Assembly: GCA_049301335.1 (NCBI GenBank)
Contig: JBAQKV010000119.1
Location: 1-25,890 of the forward strand
Origin: Patescibacteria group bacterium
GTDB taxonomy: Bacteria; Patescibacteriota; Gracilibacteria; BD1-5; UBA2023
DNA: 25,890 nt
Direction: 5' to 3'
The translations under genes and the position numbers were made by a program. The notes beneath the pieces are model-generated. The model was not told the DNA's origin, did no database searches, and worked only from the letters and a program-made list of their open reading frames with translations. This document shows, piece after piece, positions 24,451-25,890 of the stretch. The stretch's first letter is position 1; every line of letters begins with the position of its first letter.

Positions 24451-25890
24451 CTATTCCGAATCGAAGAGATGGAAGTACTGGAGGTTTTTCCAATCGGACA
24501 GCGCCGCTTCGCACTCAGGCGAGTTTCTGGAAATCGACCCCGGAATCGGCAAGCACCCCGAAGCCTCGGAACCCGCATGGAAGACGGCGTCCTTCGGCGA
24601 AAGCCCGGCAGCGCCGAAAACGACGCCGGAGAAATTCGCGGCGCGGACTTTTCCGTATTCGCGGGTCGGCGCGGCCGCGCTGAAGTTGTCCCAAACGAGG
24701 AACGGCGTCGTATGCATCAAGAGGTATTCCTCTTGCGACCAAGCGCTTTCGTCGAGGGTTTTCAGATATCCGGTTTTCGCGTACGTCCGGTACGCGTCAC
24801 CCAAGATGCCCATGTGGTCGCCAAAGAACGCCACTACGGTGGGGCGTCCGGATTTTTTCAATTCCTCTGCCAAACGTCAGAGCTCGCGGTCGGCGTCATG
24901 GATTCCTTGGACGTAATTTTTCAGAGTCAGTTTGTCGTCTTCGGAAAGGGACGGCGCTTCGACGTCGATTTCGTGATCGGCGTATTTGTCGCCCTCGTAG
25001 GAAAAATGGTTCTCCATCGAGATAGCGAAAACGAAAGCCGGCTTCCCCGGTTCGCTTCGGCCCTTCAATTCGGAAAGGATCGTATCGGTCAGCACCGAAT
25101 CGGCCACGAATTTCCCCTTGATGGGAGCATTCGGAATGTCTTCGAGCCCAACGAACTTTTCGAATCCGAGGAGCGGATAGGCTCAAGAACGGTTAAAGAA
25201 CGACTTGTGGTAGGTATGCACGGCCTCGGCGGAGTATCCGGCGGAACGGAACTCGAACGGCACGGACGGGATCGGATTCCTCAGGTACTGCTGGTACGGG
25301 ATGCTGCCGTTCGGGAGCCAGGCGATCGGAGTACCGGCAAGCACCTCGAATTCCACGAGCGCGGTCTTGCCTCAGAACATGGGCGAAACGAAATCCCCTC
25401 CCCCTTTTTCCGAGCGAAGCTTGCGGAAATTGGGAATCGGGTCTTTCGAAAATCTCACTCCGGGGAGTTTGGTAGGATCCCAGAACGATTCGCTCAGGAT
25501 GAGCACGACGTCGGGGCGGACCGATCCGGAAGAATCCGGCGTTTCAAAATTCGACGCGGCGAGTTTTTCCACTTTCGCACGATCGTAGCCTTCCGGCTTT
25601 TTGACGAACGCGTTGCCGAGATTGGTAAAGAACCCCCCGACGAAGCCGTTGTCCGCGTAGTTTTCCATCTGCCGCCAGGAATAGTCTTCGGGCTTGAGCG
25701 CCGCGGCAGTTTGAATTACGGTGAGCGTACCGTAGGCATTGGTAAAAACCGCGGCATGGAAAAGGGCGAGAGCGGCAAAAAGGGCGATTCTGAAATTCGA
25801 GGGGCGGCCGGCGAATCGAAACGGAGAGTGCGAAACCTTGCGAACTTTTCCGTCAGCTTTGCCGAGCAAAAAGAAAAACGCGACCGACAA
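24451..25890 (-). CDS. LTA-synthase-like / sulfatase-family (alkaline phosphatase superfamily) membrane enzyme, 5' end beyond right edge; 3 UGA(Gly)
   Basis: Track ORFs 25372..25890, 24877..25107 and 24451..24873, plus an unlisted 25186..25371 segment, are all in one frame. They are joined through TGA at 25372-25374, 25183-25185 and 24877-24879. Motifs: RPDVVLILSESFWDP, SPMF[TGA]GKTALVEFEVLAG, FVFAISMENHFSY, PTVVAFFGDHMG. Stop is TAG 24451-24453. Confidence 0.75.

Noticed and set aside
24442-24459. Inverted repeat TCGGAA-N6-TTCCGA spanning the 9-bp gap between the convergent stops (24441 and 24451), as a shared terminator
   Set aside because: The stem is only 6 bp and there is no U-tract on either strand, so it is too weak to call.
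1-25890. CRISPR arrays, transposases or IS elements, integrons, rRNA, and long direct or inverted DNA repeats
   Set aside because: I saw no periodic repeat-spacer structure, no terminal inverted repeats flanking a transposase-like ORF and no rRNA-like segments. The only repeats I found are short terminator or operator palindromes and the protein-level Cys ladder.

Overview
This GC-rich window (roughly mid-50s % by eye, not computed) is fragmented under the standard code. It resolves into about 21 tightly packed genes at roughly 95% coding density if UGA is read as a sense codon. I count 24 in-frame TGA codons in 13 genes. All 20 gene 3' ends inside the window use TAA (17) or TAG (3), never TGA. 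One TGA replaces the invariant Gly of the RNase HII motif GVDEAGR-G-P, so the reassignment is UGA->Gly (translation table 25, known from Gracilibacteria/BD1-5 and Absconditabacteria/SR1 of the CPR). Re-translated gene content, left to right: a multi-PAS sensor (partial); a 1624-aa secreted DUF1800-DUF1501 fusion with a long surface-type tail; a secreted-domain/NicO metal-transporter fusion; an RNase HII-QueH fusion; a lipoprotein with a strictly periodic C-x11-C-x17 cysteine pattern; three small helical unknowns; rplS; dnaA (no dnaN follows it); a small membrane protein; a CYTH protein with a tandem UGA-UGA; rsmI; a charged unknown; a type IV pilus core operon (two bitopic unknowns, pilB, pilC); an exonuclease-DinG helicase; a membrane-anchored tail-fibre-like protein with a C-terminal intramolecular-chaperone (S74-type) domain; and an LTA-synthase-like sulfatase (partial). 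Several sigma70-like promoters and intrinsic terminators are visible. Most long ORFs in the supplied track that run opposite these genes are antisense shadows. No rRNA, tRNA, CRISPR array, transposase or prophage block was seen. All family assignments are motif recognition from memory, not database searches.
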